Source: a virus (Duplodnaviria > Caudoviricetes). From it: a DNA stretch of 24,574 nucleotides. Positions 21,956 to 24,574 of this stretch are shown here, one piece after another. Location: IMG/VR virus record IMGVR_UViG_3300032330_001059, positions 1 through 24,574 of that record. One strand, given 5' to 3'. The notes below the pieces were generated by a model. It was not told the DNA's origin. It saw only the letters and a program-made list of their open reading frames with translations, and made no database searches. Position numbers and translations under genes: made by a program. Position 1 is the first letter of the stretch. Each line of letters opens with the position of its first letter.

Positions 21956-23515
21956 TTAAACCAGTTTGCCATTCTTGGCTTGAATCTCAATCTTTTGAAT
22001 GCTCACAGGATACCCATTGATCTGCACTTCATAACCAGTTTGCACAGTTTTTCCAGAACCAGTTGTTTGACCAACTAATGTCTGCAAAGAAATGCCCTCT
22101 GAGTAATAGGCAACAGGAGAGCCATTTGATCCATATTCAGCAGTTCCATACTCAGACACAGTTGACTGAGGAATTTGCAGTGTGGTGGAGTAATACTGAC
22201 CAGAGAAGTCATATCCCCATTTGATGATGAATCCTTGGCTTGAGCCACCAATCACCACCACAGCAATACGCTTTAGGATAGATGTAACATTGGGCGCACC
22301 CAGGTCAGCATAGGTGGTGAAATACTGTAGGCGGTATGTGCTTGCATGGTCAAGATAAGTCCCATACTTACCCACATAGCCATTCTTGCCAATCAACAGA
22401 TCTCCATTGCGTTTAGCAAGGAAAGCAGTTGGAGTGATGGAATCCCACACAGTTACCCGTGAAGAACCATCTTGCAAAGCCGCCTTTGTATCAAAGCAAT
22501 AAGTCTGGGTTGCAAGAGGAAAGTTAATCAGGTAGAAAGCATTTGACTCTGAATAGACTGCCTTGATGTTTGCTAATGTCTCAGCATTCACAATTGCCAT
22601 TAAGTCATTGCGAACATTCTTAGATAAATCCCGCAAAGGAGCAGACTTCTCTTGAATCGTTCTAAGCAATGAACGCACACCACTGTTTGACAAGAAAACC
22701 ACATCACTGCCTGTGTTGGCAATGGAGTCCCTTGCAATGCAACCAATGTTGCTGATGGTGTCACTCAGAGACAGGCTTGATGGTGTTGTTGCATTTGCAT
22801 AAATCAGGACTTGGCGCTTACCAAAGATAATCAAGAATCCATTGTGTGCTGCCAATCCTGTAATCTCATCAGACCCATTGGGCCATACCCGTGAAATGTC
22901 CAAAGAACCAGAAGTTCCTGTTGACCATACATGACCAGCCAACAAGTCAGAGAAATAGACAGTTACATTGTCAGCAGTGCTACTAGCAGTCCATAAACGA
23001 CCATAGGCAGAGATAACAATGTTGGTCTGGGGAGCAGTTGCAACATAACCAGTTTTCTCACTCACACGCCTGTATGTAGTGGTACTTACAGCAGGGTCAT
23101 AGATTAGTGGGTCATAGCCTGACTGAAAGAAATATGTGATTCCATTCAAAGAAGCACAATGCCAGTTGCTTGCGGTAATGGTGGGGCCAGTGCCTCCACC
23201 ACCATAGGTCAACTCTGTTACTGTGTTTGTTGAACTCAGTTTAAACAGCTTATTATTTCCAGCAAACAGAACAGTCAAAGTGCCATCAGTCTGCACCAAC
23301 TCATGGATGACTGTTACATTATTTGCACCAAGGTTCCCAGAGGATGTGTTAACCCTTGAAAAGCCTTTGCGAGAGCCAATGCGCCCGTATTGGTCAATCA
23401 CGCAGTTTGTTGCAATCGCAGCGTATCCAGCCGCTAAATCAAGCGGAGAGTCCTGTGTATTCAACCCATAAAAACCTGGAGCCGATACAGAAAATGTCTG
23501 GATTTGTTGGCTCAT
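21956..23515 (-). CDS. Tail nozzle / head-closure protein (P22 gp10 / T7 gp12-like)
   Basis: 519 aa, beta-rich propeller-like; PGFYGLNT start, YGRLW, VYFSDL, IGCIARDSI; follows the adaptor gene. Confidence 0.75.
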   Translation of the reverse strand: MSQQIQTFSVSAPGFYGLNTQDSPLDLAAGYAAIATNCVIDQYGRIGSRKGFSRVNTSSGNLGANNVTVIHELVQTDGTLTVLFAGNNKLFKLSSTNTVTELTYGGGGTGPTITASNWHCASLNGITYFFQSGYDPLIYDPAVSTTTYRRVSEKTGYVATAPQTNIVISAYGRLWTASSTADNVTVYFSDLLAGHVWSTGTSGSLDISRVWPNGSDEITGLAAHNGFLIIFGKRQVLIYANATTPSSLSLSDTISNIGCIARDSIANTGSDVVFLSNSGVRSLLRTIQEKSAPLRDLSKNVRNDLMAIVNAETLANIKAVYSESNAFYLINFPLATQTYCFDTKAALQDGSSRVTVWDSITPTAFLAKRNGDLLIGKNGYVGKYGTYLDHASTYRLQYFTTYADLGAPNVTSILKRIAVVVIGGSSQGFIIKWGYDFSGQYYSTTLQIPQSTVSEYGTAEYGSNGSPVAYYSEGISLQTLVGQTTGSGKTVQTGYEVQINGYPVSIQKIEIQAKNGKLV

Positions 23516-24159
23516 GTTGATACAAATTGCTGATTTTCTGGATACCGATTTGCCTCTAAAGCAATGTAATCGGAGAGCATGGATCGGAATAATGTGTATG
23601 CCTCTGATGAAGACAATCCACCATCTTCACCACGCTCAACCAATGCCCTAGCATACGCACCTTGAGCAACAACTACATCAGACACAAGGACAACAGTGCT
23701 ATTAGATGCCAAAGTTGCCTGGGGTATCGTTAGACTGAATTTTAGTGTGTATACGCCATTAGGGATTGGAAATAAAGTTACTTTTGTATCGTAAGAAGCG
23801 TCTACTCCATCAAAAGAAAATTCTGTTGGAATTGAGTTGACCAAGGGTAAAAAGTTCTGTTTGCGGTTCATGTCCACAAATGTGATATTGGTCAATCCAA
23901 CATTACTGGTTGTGTTGATAGCATCAAGCACTTGGAATTTCTGACCAGAACCTGTGAGTGAATATGTTGGAGTTGAAGCCACAGTAGTCACAGTAATGGT
24001 CTGTCCTAACGCATTCCAACCATACGAATCTTCAACTTGACGCTTTGCATCATTTACAAACTTTGCAACCAAAGTGGAATAGGTGGTTTCGTTGTAAGTG
24101 GTTACAACAGGCTCACGCAAGCGGATCAACACATCGTTGACAAGTTCTAGTAGTGTCAT
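23512..24159 (-). CDS. Head-tail adaptor (T7 gp11 / P22 gp4-like)
   Basis: MTLLELVNDVLIRLRE...FVNDAKRQVEDSYGW helical N-terminus with a beta insert; 215 aa. Confidence 0.75.
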   Translation of the reverse strand: MTLLELVNDVLIRLREPVVTTYNETTYSTLVAKFVNDAKRQVEDSYGWNALGQTITVTTVASTPTYSLTGSGQKFQVLDAINTTSNVGLTNITFVDMNRKQNFLPLVNSIPTEFSFDGVDASYDTKVTLFPIPNGVYTLKFSLTIPQATLASNSTVVLVSDVVVAQGAYARALVERGEDGGLSSSEAYTLFRSMLSDYIALEANRYPENQQFVST

Positions 24160-24491
24160 GCTCTTGCCAACCCTTCTTGTTCAAATGTGGCTATAAAACT
24201 GAATGTGCTTCCTGCTTCAGTAGTTATTTTGATCTTGTCATCTTCTTCTAAAACAATGTAGGCATTGCCATCAAACTGAAGATAGTTTTTTGATGTGAAA
24301 TTGTATTGAGTCAATATATCAAGCGTAGTATTAGCACTTGCGTCATACCATTGAACAGTTATATGCTTGGTAGAGCCGCCTGTATTGTGTATATACATGA
24401 CGGTAAATTTGGCGTAATAGCCCTTTGGACAGGTATAGACTGTTGTGTCTACTGCCGCTGTAGGACTAACACCAACTGATAATGCTCTCAT
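24156..24491 (-). CDS. Hypothetical virion-associated beta-sandwich protein
   Basis: TVYTCPKG...IVLEEDDKIKI; ATGA-coupled on both sides. Confidence 0.75.
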   Translation of the reverse strand: MRALSVGVSPTAAVDTTVYTCPKGYYAKFTVMYIHNTGGSTKHITVQWYDASANTTLDILTQYNFTSKNYLQFDGNAYIVLEEDDKIKITTEAGSTFSFIATFEQEGLARA

Positions 24492-24574
24492 TTCGCCTTT
24501 GCCTTGTTCCTTGCGGATATAGCTTTAGCTTTTGCCTTTGCGTCAGCCTTGGAGTTTGCACCCCATGCCTTTAG
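24488..24574 (-). CDS. C-terminus of a small basic phage protein (runs off the window)
   Basis: ...LKAWGANSKADAKAKAKAISARNKAKAK*; ATGA overlap with the next gene. Confidence 0.7.
   Translation of the reverse strand, partial: LKAWGANSKADAKAKAKAISARNKAKAK

Noticed and set aside
1-24574. Integrase/att site, reverse transcriptase (DGR or retron), introns, inteins, IS elements
   Set aside because: No such motifs in any ORF, no template/variable repeat pair noticed, and terL is uninterrupted.

Overview
About 24.6 kb of a tailed dsDNA phage with podovirus-like gene order. Inferred host: a Gram-negative bacterium, plausibly a betaproteobacterium (spanins, GH19 endolysin, sigma70 promoters). Left to right: portal N-terminus, a small insert gene, terL and terS (all minus strand); a ~1 kb non-coding control region (2400-3460) with a tRNA-like element, structured RNAs, interlocked promoters and AGGGTAAACCCT boxes; a short early operon (+); a leftward module (RuvC-like, DNA methyltransferase, truncated replication-initiator-like protein) preceded by a ~330 nt structured leader; a rightward ERF/SSB/regulator module; a multi-gene lysis cassette; three internal/ejection proteins; tail adaptor/nozzle genes. 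No polymerase, helicase, primase or integrase is recognisable in the non-structural arm. The most unusual signals are two promoter-driven structured non-coding elements (about 2734-2990 + and 7945-8270 -) that share a 9-nt CACCCA-loop hairpin and a CGGTGGAA motif, one leading into a stand-alone initiator C-terminal domain. Also notable: an anticodon-less tRNA mimic in the terminase leader and a probable AUU-initiated lysis-region gene. Protein family calls come from motif recognition only; no database search or folding program was run.
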